IMG/VR virus record: IMGVR_UViG_3300028840_001395
Coordinates: 1-64,000 of that record
Strand: one strand, 5' to 3'
Length of the DNA stretch: 64,000 bases
Below, piece after piece: positions 55,012 to 63,761 of this stretch. The position numbers were made by a program, and so were the translations under genes. The first letter of the stretch is position 1. Every line of letters starts with the position of its first letter. The notes under the pieces were generated by a model. The model had not been told where the DNA came from. It did no database searches and saw nothing but the letters and a program-made list of their open reading frames with translations.

Positions 55012-57855
55012 CTAGGGGCGGCGAAGCTCGCACTTGTCCCCGGAGCAGAACTTGTCATCGACCTCGTGCTGGGAGCCGGTCATGTCGATGGGGGAGATGC
55101 GGGCAGCCATCTCCTTGTACTCGTCCTCGGAGATAGCCTGGTAGGGCGGGTGCTTGTATCCGTGGTCAGCATCTTCCAGGGGAAGCATCGAGACACCCTT
55201 GAGCCGATCCTCGAAGGATTCCAGGCACGACTGGATGTCCCGGACTTCCTCCTTGTTGAAGGTCACGGTCACGCTGACGGCATTGTTCGCCCAGTGGCGC
55301 TGCATGTCGGCGGCGTTGACGAACTGCTCCCAGATGGTCGCCTCGCACTTGCCCTTGACGAAGTGTTTCTCCGCCACCGGGAAGGCCACGACCGAGGTGT
55401 CATCCGCGTAGTCGTCCGGCTCGACCGTGTACCCGGCCTTCCGGGCAGCCTCGACCAGCGGGCTCGTGTTCGCCACCCGGATGTGCCGGACGTAGAACGG
55501 CGCGTGCGGGTAGTGGATGCCCGGCGTCGCCCCGCAGAGAAGAGACGTGGTGCCGGACGGCTTGACCGTGGTGGTCTTGATGGACAGCGGGACACCCAGC
55601 CAGTCCGAGTAGATGCGGTCGAGCCGGTGGATGTAGTCGTATCCCTTGTCACACCACTGGAGGAAGCCCCGACGCCCGAGCTTCACCATCGCCTGAATGA
55701 TACCGGACATCGAGCAACCGATTCTGCGGTTCCGGGTCATCACCGCGTTGGCCCGAGGAACGTGCGTCGGGACCAGCGTCACCGTCTTGGCGTAGAGGTA
55801 GGCCATCTTCAGGGTGCGCTCGTAGTCGTCGTAGTCGTCATGGTGGGCAGGGAAGGTCTCGACCAGGTTGCACAGTTCGTGGGACTCCAGAAGCTGCTCA
55901 CCGCAGGGGTTGGACCCCATCACGCGCCAGTCCTTGTTGTCCGGCACCCCATCCATCCGCGAGAAGGCCCGAGCGTTCTCCAGCCAAAGGACTCCAGGCT
56001 CGCCGTTGTCCGCGATGCGGGCGGCGACGGTGCTGTAGTCCATGCCCTGGTAGGCATAGACGCTGTTGTTGCTGGCCCAGCGGCGGTCTTCCAGAGCCTT
56101 CTGGTCGCTCTTGAGGTTGATGAACTCATCATCATCGGGCTCACCGAACATGATCTCCGCCGTCCGGCGAATACCTCCGGCGACCACGCCCTTCCCGATG
56201 TAGTTGAAGATGTCCACGATGATGGCCGAGGTGATGCGGTAGGGCTCGCCCGACCCGCTGAACTTCACCTTGGTCACGTCGATCTTTCCGGTGTCCTGAT
56301 GATAGGGCACATTGAACTTGACCTTGACGCCCTTCGGGAGCAACAGGCGGGTGAGGTTCTCCACCATGTCCTGCAAGGGCTTGGGGCCAGAGGCCGTCCC
56401 GCCGAAGGTCTTGAGCGGAACACCACGGCCACGGATCTGCGTGTAGTCGATGTTCAGCGGGTAGTGACCCTTGCCGACGAAGGTGTTGAGGATGACCCTG
56501 ATCAACTCGACCCAACCCTCACGGCTGTCCTCGACCACGTAGGGTTCCTCGGTCGTCCGGGGCATCTGGAGCTTGACCTTGCCAGCCCCCTTGGTGTCCG
56601 CCCCGGTGCCGACGCCGAGCATCGACATATCCATGAGGAAGCAGAAGGGGTCAGCGAAGTCCTCGGAGATGCCCTCGCTCGACACGAAAGCGCAGTTCTG
56701 AAGAGAGGCAGCGCCCCGCTCGTACACCACGTCCGTGCCCATCATCCAGAGGCCACGGCCAGGCGGGAGGAATTTGAAGGCCCACATGCGCTCGAACATG
56801 TCCTGGGCGGACTTCTGCGCTTTCTGCTCGTTCCAGGGCAATCCCATCTGACGGCAGTGGATCTTCTGGATGTTGTAGCATCCCTCCACGACCCGGCGAC
56901 AGGTCTCCCAGAACTCCTCCGTGCGGTCTTCACCCTCGACCTGCCGGGCGTAGGTGTTGTGGCTGGCAAACCCACCCGTAAAATGAGTCTGGATATCTGT
57001 GCTAAGAACAGCGATTTCCTTCTTTCCAGCGGGAAATACACGAACCACCCTAACAATATCATCAGGATCACAGCGGAATGCCCCACCACCCTTCGCTTGG
57101 AGATTCCTTTTGAACACCTCCAACAGACGCTGTGGCTGGAAGATCCCAAGTAGGCGGAACAAGGTTCGTCTTCGATGGGTTCTAAGGTTGTAGACCTGCT
57201 GACGACCCTCTACTTTCTTTCTCATCCCCTTGGTGTAAGGGATGCCCCACTCATCCAACAGGGATTCAACCTTCCGCAACATGGGATTGTCCACCTGAAT
57301 GAACTGAACGCTGTTCATTCGGTCGAAACACCCTTCCCCATCATACGCTGCTGAAAGGTATCCCCCAGAGAAGCTGGTATCAGTGTCCCATACTGGCCCG
57401 AAAGGACGAAGGAGATGAACAGCCCCTCCCTTATGAGTCCCCCCTAACTCTTGTGTCTCCTTCCAATAAAGGCGATTGTCAGTTTCGGACAATTTCACGA
57501 GCCAGGGGTGATCAGGGGTCGCATAAAGGACAGTCCCGTCCTCCAACTCCACCCCAAGAACTTCAGCATCTTCCGTCTCGTTGTGCATCACGATGCCGTG
57601 TCTCAGATGTCTGAGAGCCCGACCTTTGCGCTCAGGGTCAAATCCAATGATGCCCTGACCCACCTGAAGCTCTCCCGCAGGCCTCCATACAAGGTCATCA
57701 CAAAGGACGGGTGTGTCCACCGTGACACACCTCTTGTAGGTGAAGTAGCCCACCGGCCCCCACTCGGGCTGCTTGTCCTTGTACTGATCGAGGAAGTCGG
57801 TGGAGAGGGAGAATACGCGAACCTTGCGGTCTGCCGCAACCTGCTCAAAAATCAT
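55012..57855 (-). CDS. nrdJ: Class II (adenosylcobalamin) monomeric ribonucleotide reductase with intein
   Basis: PPGRGLW, NC.F, GG.RR.A, NPCGEQ, LCNL.E, TTVKPSGT, terminal CSGDKC. Confidence 0.93.
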   Translation of the reverse strand: MIFEQVAADRKVRVFSLSTDFLDQYKDKQPEWGPVGYFTYKRCVTVDTPVLCDDLVWRPAGELQVGQGIIGFDPERKGRALRHLRHGIVMHNETEDAEVLGVELEDGTVLYATPDHPWLVKLSETDNRLYWKETQELGGTHKGGAVHLLRPFGPVWDTDTSFSGGYLSAAYDGEGCFDRMNSVQFIQVDNPMLRKVESLLDEWGIPYTKGMRKKVEGRQQVYNLRTHRRRTLFRLLGIFQPQRLLEVFKRNLQAKGGGAFRCDPDDIVRVVRVFPAGKKEIAVLSTDIQTHFTGGFASHNTYARQVEGEDRTEEFWETCRRVVEGCYNIQKIHCRQMGLPWNEQKAQKSAQDMFERMWAFKFLPPGRGLWMMGTDVVYERGAASLQNCAFVSSEGISEDFADPFCFLMDMSMLGVGTGADTKGAGKVKLQMPRTTEEPYVVEDSREGWVELIRVILNTFVGKGHYPLNIDYTQIRGRGVPLKTFGGTASGPKPLQDMVENLTRLLLPKGVKVKFNVPYHQDTGKIDVTKVKFSGSGEPYRITSAIIVDIFNYIGKGVVAGGIRRTAEIMFGEPDDDEFINLKSDQKALEDRRWASNNSVYAYQGMDYSTVAARIADNGEPGVLWLENARAFSRMDGVPDNKDWRVMGSNPCGEQLLESHELCNLVETFPAHHDDYDDYERTLKMAYLYAKTVTLVPTHVPRANAVMTRNRRIGCSMSGIIQAMVKLGRRGFLQWCDKGYDYIHRLDRIYSDWLGVPLSIKTTTVKPSGTTSLLCGATPGIHYPHAPFYVRHIRVANTSPLVEAARKAGYTVEPDDYADDTSVVAFPVAEKHFVKGKCEATIWEQFVNAADMQRHWANNAVSVTVTFNKEEVRDIQSCLESFEDRLKGVSMLPLEDADHGYKHPPYQAISEDEYKEMAARISPIDMTGSQHEVDDKFCSGDKCELRRP
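56956..57729 (-). mobile_element. Intein with LAGLIDADG-type endonuclease (258 aa)
   Basis: Begins C-VTVDT after YKR; block B ATPDHPW; YLSAAYDGEG; ends SHN before Thr; visibly lower GC than flanks. Confidence 0.93.
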
Positions 57856-57978
57856 GTACTACTCGCTCCCGTTGAAAGAACACCCTGGTTCCCATCTGCG
57901 AAGATTTGGATTCCCCGTCCCCGCAGATGTACGTCCATAGAACAGATCCTATCAATGGACTATCGAACCAGGATCACC

Positions 57979-58965
57979 CTACCCGCAGATCGCAAGAAGG
58001 CGCGCGGTCAAACCTGTCCACGGTGCAACATGACCCGACAACACCGCCCGCTGAGATTCTCCAATGACCTTCAACAATCTGACGACTTCTTCTCTCTTCC
58101 AACCCCGCACCTGGGGCAACAATTTGTTCTTGTAAAACCAAGGGTTCTCTCGAAGCATGTCGGCTGCTTCGTCTGGACTCCTATCCCGGACTTCGATGGC
58201 CCCCAGCCAGCGCACCGCTGTCCGCCCCAGCCAGCCGCACACGGCCATTGTCGGGTCGCCCTTGTGCGTGTTCTTCACCCTGGTCAATGCCCTCGATACA
58301 CCCACAGCTTTCTTGGTTGAGAGTGCCTCGGTGATCGGGGACAGCGAAGCCTCCATCATGGGAGCCATCATGGGCTTGATCTGCGCCCCGGTCAGCTCAT
58401 CCACCCCATCGAGGTCGGCCAGCAAGCACATCTTCATCAGCTCGAACGAGAGCACCCCGAAGTCTGACCCACACCTGGTCACGAGGGCTCGGGCCAGACG
58501 CTCGGAGAGCTTCTTCTTGTATCGCTTGACCTCCGTGACACAGAACTCCACCGCCTGGGCTTCGGCTTCCCAGGGCTTACTCGCCGGGGCGGCGGGGTAG
58601 TTCCGATGGAGATTGGCCGGGAGCTTCTTGAGCCACTTGCCGAACTTGGTGTTGCCCTTGGGGTCATCCGCGTAGTCGAGCAAGAGGACGATGCCCTCAT
58701 CGCCGTCATCAAGATGCTCCTGAAGCAAGGTCAAGTCGGCCTTCTCGGGCTTGCTGACCACGACTAGAATCTGGGTCTCATCATCGAACAGCAATCCAGC
58801 CTGGGACAGCGCCGCCCGTAGGTCGGACTTACTCGACCCATCCACGTAGTCGATTCTCCAGCCCGCCTTCTTCTGAACCTTGATGGCCTCGGCCACAGCC
58901 CGTCGCTGCAGGAGTCCTTGCGACCCAGAGATAGCGGTGATGGTGACGGGCTTCTTCTCGGCCAT
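57979..58965 (-). CDS. holA: DNA polymerase III delta subunit-like
   Basis: 328 aa; GLLF..LVVV, A..LV.RCGSDF..L..ELMK..L...I...I pattern. Confidence 0.72.
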   Translation of the reverse strand: MAEKKPVTITAISGSQGLLQRRAVAEAIKVQKKAGWRIDYVDGSSKSDLRAALSQAGLLFDDETQILVVVSKPEKADLTLLQEHLDDGDEGIVLLLDYADDPKGNTKFGKWLKKLPANLHRNYPAAPASKPWEAEAQAVEFCVTEVKRYKKKLSERLARALVTRCGSDFGVLSFELMKMCLLADLDGVDELTGAQIKPMMAPMMEASLSPITEALSTKKAVGVSRALTRVKNTHKGDPTMAVCGWLGRTAVRWLGAIEVRDRSPDEAADMLRENPWFYKNKLLPQVRGWKREEVVRLLKVIGESQRAVLSGHVAPWTGLTARLLAICG

Positions 58966-59270
58966 CAGACGACCGACCGCAGCCCTTCCTTGAGCGCACG
59001 GACTCGGGCCGAAGGAGGCCGCTCGGGCACCGGGATACTCCAGTAGGAGTCGGGATACACGGGCCGGAGGATGGACTCCATGAAAGGAATCTCACTGAAT
59101 CCAGCAAAGGCCACCGATACCGGGATCTCATGGTGGGTGTCGTCGTCCAGATCCCAGAACCCGAACAGGGCCTCCTTGGGTGAGTCCGACCACCCAAGTT
59201 CGTGTCCGTTCTCCCGACGCAGCTCGAACTCGTCTATCCAGGCTCGCAGGCTGTCATACTTGATGCTCAT
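58965..59270 (-). CDS. Hypothetical protein
   Basis: Coupled between holB-like and holA-like genes. Confidence 0.55.
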   Translation of the reverse strand: MSIKYDSLRAWIDEFELRRENGHELGWSDSPKEALFGFWDLDDDTHHEIPVSVAFAGFSEIPFMESILRPVYPDSYWSIPVPERPPSARVRALKEGLRSVV

Positions 59271-59884
59271 CAGGTTCCCTCCACCAGAGCGGCAGCAATC
59301 TCTATCTGCGTCGGGTTCCGCCACCGAGTCACGGGACGAAGGCGCTCCCACAAGGCCAACTTTGCCGGATCATCGAGGTCAGCACTCAAGACGCCCGCGA
59401 TGGCGTTGAGCAACTCGACCTCCTTGCCCTTGACCCGGAAGAGAGCGGAACCGACTCGGTAGGTCTCGTTGAGGGTCACGGCCTCGACTAGCTCCCAGGC
59501 TGCCGTGACGACATCCTCATCTTCCTCGACATCTTCCAGGGTCGGAGCCCAGCGTTCCAGACAGCGAGAACGGATGGTCGGGGATACTCCGCCGAGATCG
59601 TTGGCCCACAGGATAGGGGTCACCACCTCGGGGTTGAACTCCTCGATGCGCTTGAGCAGCACGTCGCTGGCCTTGGGCCAAGCCAGATCCATCGGCCCGA
59701 CCACGAGGACACCGGCTTCCATGCCCACGGGAGGGGAGAGAAGAGAGGCTACGACCTCGCGGGCTTCGGCGGCTTTGAGCCCGTCGTCACCGAAGGGGGG
59801 AGCCACCAGACGCCCCAACGTAGGGGCTTCTGCGAGGGCAGCTTCTCTTGCTCCGGGGCCGTGGAACAGAATGCAGGATGCCAC
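59270..59884 (-). CDS. holB: Shortened DNA polymerase III delta-prime-like subunit
   Basis: ILFHGPG, A...LLK.IEE, V.PTIRSRC. Confidence 0.72.
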   Translation of the reverse strand: MASCILFHGPGAREAALAEAPTLGRLVAPPFGDDGLKAAEAREVVASLLSPPVGMEAGVLVVGPMDLAWPKASDVLLKRIEEFNPEVVTPILWANDLGGVSPTIRSRCLERWAPTLEDVEEDEDVVTAAWELVEAVTLNETYRVGSALFRVKGKEVELLNAIAGVLSADLDDPAKLALWERLRPVTRWRNPTQIEIAAALVEGT

Positions 59885-59931
59885 CAGGTCACCTCTCTAG
59901 ACCTTCTACCCCACGCGAGGGGTGAATGACT

Positions 59932-60135
59932 CTAGGTGGTGACGTGAAAAGGCTGTCCGCAGGTGAGGCACTTGTAGCGGATGGTACGACCCCCGGCTGC
60001 GGGGTTGAATGCTCCTCGGTGAGAGGGTGCGCCATGACCTCGCATGAACACGATCTCGGCCTGCTGACCCTCACAGTCGTTCTTCGCCCGACAGGCGACC
60101 CACACCTTGTCTCCGACCTTGGGCTTGTCCGCCAT
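59932..60135 (-). CDS. Small zinc-ribbon protein
   Basis: C....C...YKC..C. Confidence 0.65.
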   Translation of the reverse strand: MADKPKVGDKVWVACRAKNDCEGQQAEIVFMRGHGAPSHRGAFNPAAGGRTIRYKCLTCGQPFHVTT

Positions 60136-60656
60136 CAGTCCTCCACGATGGGGTAGTTCAAATCCCCGGCCTCGTCATCCACGATAGGGAAACCAGAGTC
60201 ACCGATAGACCCTACCCGGACAATGGGGTCTCCATCACCTTCCAGGTCAGAATCTTCGGTCACCATGCTCTCGGGGTCGGGAGGGATGAAGCCCAGCTCT
60301 TGAAGCCTGCGACGAAGGGTACCTGCCAGGTAGTCGATGTAGGTGTTGTAGTCCCCTCGACCGACCAGGTTCAGGTTGTTCTGGTTCCGGGTGCCATCCG
60401 AGTGGAATACCTGGTTGGCGGGATCTTTCAGCATGGGGACGACCCCGAACTGCCAGACATCCCACCTGACACTGAAGGGGAAGAAGGCAGTATCCCCTGA
60501 ACGGAGTACCTCTGGCCCTCCCCAGTTGACCACGACTTCCTCGGAGGGTCGAGAACGAAAGCTACCAGGGAAGTTGATCTGGGCTCTCCGCATGAGGATA
60601 TAGAAGCATCCCACAGCAATCTGGTAGATCTCACTATCCGACAGGGCAAGAGCCAT
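60135..60656 (-). CDS. Hypothetical protein
   Basis: GGAGG RBS; late-type motif upstream (60685-60700). Confidence 0.65.
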   Translation of the reverse strand: MALALSDSEIYQIAVGCFYILMRRAQINFPGSFRSRPSEEVVVNWGGPEVLRSGDTAFFPFSVRWDVWQFGVVPMLKDPANQVFHSDGTRNQNNLNLVGRGDYNTYIDYLAGTLRRRLQELGFIPPDPESMVTEDSDLEGDGDPIVRVGSIGDSGFPIVDDEAGDLNYPIVED

Positions 60657-60710
60657 CTTTTGGCCTCCCTATCTACTCTGCCCTATAGACAGACTCTCGG
60701 ACACTTCCTT

Positions 60711-60822
60711 CAAACCTTGAACCCCGTATCTCGAAACTTTCTATCCACTAGGGACAGATATATTGAAACTTTGCGATGAAAGTCTGTTCTTTTTAGAGAA
60801 TTGACGAAACTTTCGGAATTTT
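60711..60822. repeat. AT-rich tract with GAAACTTT direct repeats
   Basis: Exact copies at 60733, 60765, 60806; degenerate copies at 60711, 60815. Confidence 0.65.
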
Positions 60823-60829
60823 GATAGAC

Positions 60830-61400
60830 CCCGACCAAGGAAGCAAGGGCTTCCGGGGTGCTTCTTCCTGTCATCCGGTCTTTCTGCTCCGTGTAGGATT
60901 GGAAAGAGAAGATGAAGAGGAAGTAGCTTTGATGCTGCTTCTGTTTCTACGGTCGTCCTTCGGACTTCCTCTCTCCTCTCTCTTAGTAGAGGTCGGTCAG
61001 AGGTCGGAGGATAGGTTCTCCGAGGACAGGAGAGCTACTCAACCAGAAGGCGTCCTTCTTCCTTCTGGTGGCTCTCTCCCAGACCCTCTCACCCATGACA
61101 TTCTGGATGAGTAGGGTACGCCGCTTGGCTGCCTCCCTCTCTGAGGTCTTGAAGGACAAGATGCAAGAGAGGGTTGGTGGAAGGCTGACTTGTCAGAGAG
61201 CCAGGAACCGATTCAAGGGGCGCTCACATCTAGCTCAATGGCTTCCCCTCCGGTTACCCAGATACCAGTCATCGGAGAGATCCAGACCGACCTGGAAGCT
61301 CACCTAGCCCCCTGAACTGTATCCCGTAGTGGGAAATTGAGCCGAGGCGCTACTGGTACGCTTGCCTGTAAAGAACAAGAGAATCGGTTCTTCCGAATGA
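60830..61400. other. Structured non-coding region (candidate ncRNA, leader or origin)
   Basis: No convincing CDS; many hairpins, e.g. accagaagg/ccttctggt, gaagtagc/gctgcttc, ggaagc/gcttcc, tcggag/ctccga. Confidence 0.5.
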
Positions 61401-61402
61401 TC

Positions 61403-61431
61403 AAGATGCCAGAGCGTCACAGACCTGTCAA
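61403..61431 (-). promoter_or_regulatory. Sigma70-type promoter pointing into the non-coding region
   Basis: TTGACA-N17-CATCTT with TG at the extended -10 position. Confidence 0.55.
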
Positions 61432-61452
61432 GAACGTAGTGTGGAAAGCCTG

Positions 61453-63540
61453 TCAGGGGGCGGAGTTGGCCCACTCCTCGTAGGATGAAGGTTGGCCGAA
61501 CCAGCGGGTGATCTCCTGGTCGGTCTTGCCTTCCATCCAGCGGGTCGTGATCCGCTCGATCATCACGTCGGAGGCCCGACGCTTCCGCTTCTGCTTCTTG
61601 ATCACGTCGGCCCAGTCGGGCTTCTTCTGGAACCAGGGGATGCGGTTGGACTCGAACTTCTGCTGAATCTCACCCAGGATGGAACTGTTGCTCCACAGGG
61701 CATCGAAGAACAGCTTCCAGCCCTTGGGCCAGTACTTCTGGCTCAAGTCTGTCGGCTGAACGCCGACCACTTGGGCCACTTCCTTCTTGGCGGGGATGCG
61801 GCTCTGGTTGACCACGATGTCCAGCCAGGCGGACATCACATCTTCAGTCTTGCCCTTCCCCTGCCAGGAACGCCGCATCACGTCACGGATCTTCTTCCCG
61901 AGGGGATCCTTGCTCCAGAGGACGAGATCCATCAGGTAGGAGCCAGCCTCCCGCTTCTCAGCCTCGGTGTCCGCGATCTCCAGTTCCTCGCCCTCGACGC
62001 CCACGGGAACCTGCTGGTGATACTTCTGGATGGTCTTGGCCTCGTTGACCACCTTCCGGCCCAGGTAGGCCTTGAGCTTGCCCCCGGCGACGGACTTGGG
62101 GGTCTCCGCGCCCTTCTTGATCTTGTCGCCTAGATTCTTCCCGGCCTCGTAGGGGGGACGCTTGAGGCCGGACTCGGAACCATCGAAGCTGAGGCCCATC
62201 AGCGCGGAGTTGAGGATGTCGAAGGGCTCGATGGGCACGCTGTAGGTTCTGGCGGTCGCCTTGATCGCCATCTCCAGGATGCCATACATCCCCGAGTACT
62301 TCTTGTCGAACCACTCCGGCTGGACAGAGAAGCCGTTGTCCGCGAACCAGGCCCGTGCCTGGTCGAGTCCACGCTGGCCCTTGTCGAACCAGGTGCCCAC
62401 CTTGACTCCGGCAGCCCCTTCGAGCACCTGGGCGCGGAGCATCTTGTCGTAATCGTCCGCCATCGAGGCCAGAATCCAGCGTGCGGCGACTCGGAAACGG
62501 GCATCCTTGATGCTGGCTGCCCTGAGCAGCTTGAGCACGGTTCTCGCGGTCTTGATGTTCATTTCACACCTATCCGATCTTGATGCCTTACGTCGGCGGA
62601 ACTTCTTGGAAAAGAGTATCTCGGGGTCAGGCCTCTGTTGGAACCAGGGGAGCCCTTCCATCTCGTATCGCTTCTGGAGCTGTGCCTGGAGACTCTGATT
62701 GGCCCAAAGGGCGTCGAACACCCTTCGCCAAGCCCTTGGCCAGTACTTCTGGCTCAAGTCCTGTGGGAGGACTCCGGCTCGTTGAGCGACTTCCTTCTTC
62801 GGGGGGATACGCTTCTCGGTCTCCACGATGTCGAGCCAGGTGTTCATCACCTCTTCGGTGCGGCCCGTGCCCGCCCAGGTTTTCCTCATGAAGTCGCGGA
62901 TCTTCCTGCCCAGTGAATCTTGAGGTTGTCTGAAGATGATCTCCAAGAGGAAATCTCCGGCTTCCTCATCGCTGGCTGGCACAGGGGCGTCGTAGTCTTC
63001 AGGCAGGGATTCAAACTTCTTCTGTCGATTGGCCTCGGTGTATATCCCTCTTACCATGTAGCCCTGAAGGTCACGGTTGGCGGCCACGTTTGGACTCATC
63101 CTTCCAGAGAGGATAGCCTCAGCCTGATTCTTCCCGGCCTCGAAGACGGGACGCGACTTCTTCAGCTTCTCCGGGTCGATGATGCTCAGACCCATGAGGT
63201 AGTCGTGGATGACCTCGTAGGGGTCGAGCGACAAGTTGAGCCTCTTGAGTGCCCGCTGGATCTCCTTCATCACGATGTTGTAGACCACGGTGGAATCCAT
63301 GTCGAACCAGCGAGGGTCGAGTTCGTATCCTCGGTCGAGGAAGTACTTCTCGGCCTGCTGGAGACCCTTCTTTCCACGCTTCCACCAGGTATCGGGACGG
63401 ACTCCAGCGACCCCTTCAAGCATCTGCGTCCGCATGAAACGGTCGTATTCGGTGGACATCGAGGCCAGAATCACCCGAACACGGGGGTCTGATCTCCCGA
63501 GGAGCTTGATGATCGCTGCCGCTACACGAATATCCATCAT
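61453..63540 (-). CDS. Internally duplicated protein with two HTH-containing units
   Basis: Two ~330-aa homologous halves, each with IP.KKEVAQ..GV.P.DLSQKYWP; late motif upstream (63574-63589). Confidence 0.8.
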   Translation of the reverse strand: MMDIRVAAAIIKLLGRSDPRVRVILASMSTEYDRFMRTQMLEGVAGVRPDTWWKRGKKGLQQAEKYFLDRGYELDPRWFDMDSTVVYNIVMKEIQRALKRLNLSLDPYEVIHDYLMGLSIIDPEKLKKSRPVFEAGKNQAEAILSGRMSPNVAANRDLQGYMVRGIYTEANRQKKFESLPEDYDAPVPASDEEAGDFLLEIIFRQPQDSLGRKIRDFMRKTWAGTGRTEEVMNTWLDIVETEKRIPPKKEVAQRAGVLPQDLSQKYWPRAWRRVFDALWANQSLQAQLQKRYEMEGLPWFQQRPDPEILFSKKFRRRKASRSDRCEMNIKTARTVLKLLRAASIKDARFRVAARWILASMADDYDKMLRAQVLEGAAGVKVGTWFDKGQRGLDQARAWFADNGFSVQPEWFDKKYSGMYGILEMAIKATARTYSVPIEPFDILNSALMGLSFDGSESGLKRPPYEAGKNLGDKIKKGAETPKSVAGGKLKAYLGRKVVNEAKTIQKYHQQVPVGVEGEELEIADTEAEKREAGSYLMDLVLWSKDPLGKKIRDVMRRSWQGKGKTEDVMSAWLDIVVNQSRIPAKKEVAQVVGVQPTDLSQKYWPKGWKLFFDALWSNSSILGEIQQKFESNRIPWFQKKPDWADVIKKQKRKRRASDVMIERITTRWMEGKTDQEITRWFGQPSSYEEWANSAP

Positions 63541-63628
63541 CCACCCACACCAGGTTCCTGTCTTTACAGGGATATAGGCGGGCAACCGAAAAAGTTGTCG
63601 CCTCCCCCCGATTTCTTGGTGTCAGAGG

Positions 63629-63656
63629 TTGACTTGTCAGGGGGGTCTGGTATTGT
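63629..63656 (+). promoter_or_regulatory. Sigma70-type promoter for divergent gene
   Basis: TTGACT-N16-TATTGT with TG extension. Confidence 0.55.
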
Positions 63657-63761
63657 GGTCTGCAAGCTACGACCCGGACCCGCTGGTCATTAAGCTCAGT
63701 CCTGTCGTGGCCCGATACATAACCGTGGCTCAGGCCAATGGCCCCAGCCCAGGAGGAAGCG

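Noticed and set aside
2723-57153. Long plus-strand ORFs (2723-4723, 4677-6410, 10886-12985, 13526-16966, 22188-25916, 52055-53677, 54883-57153)
   Set aside because: Antisense shadows of high-GC minus-strand genes; no recognisable motifs, skewed L/G/V/H composition
57857-57885. GTAGTA box upstream of nrdJ
   Set aside because: Only ~1 nt from the ATG, too close to be a -10 element
60821-61307. Short plus-strand ORFs in the non-coding region
   Set aside because: Atypical codon use, no clear RBS, low-complexity translations
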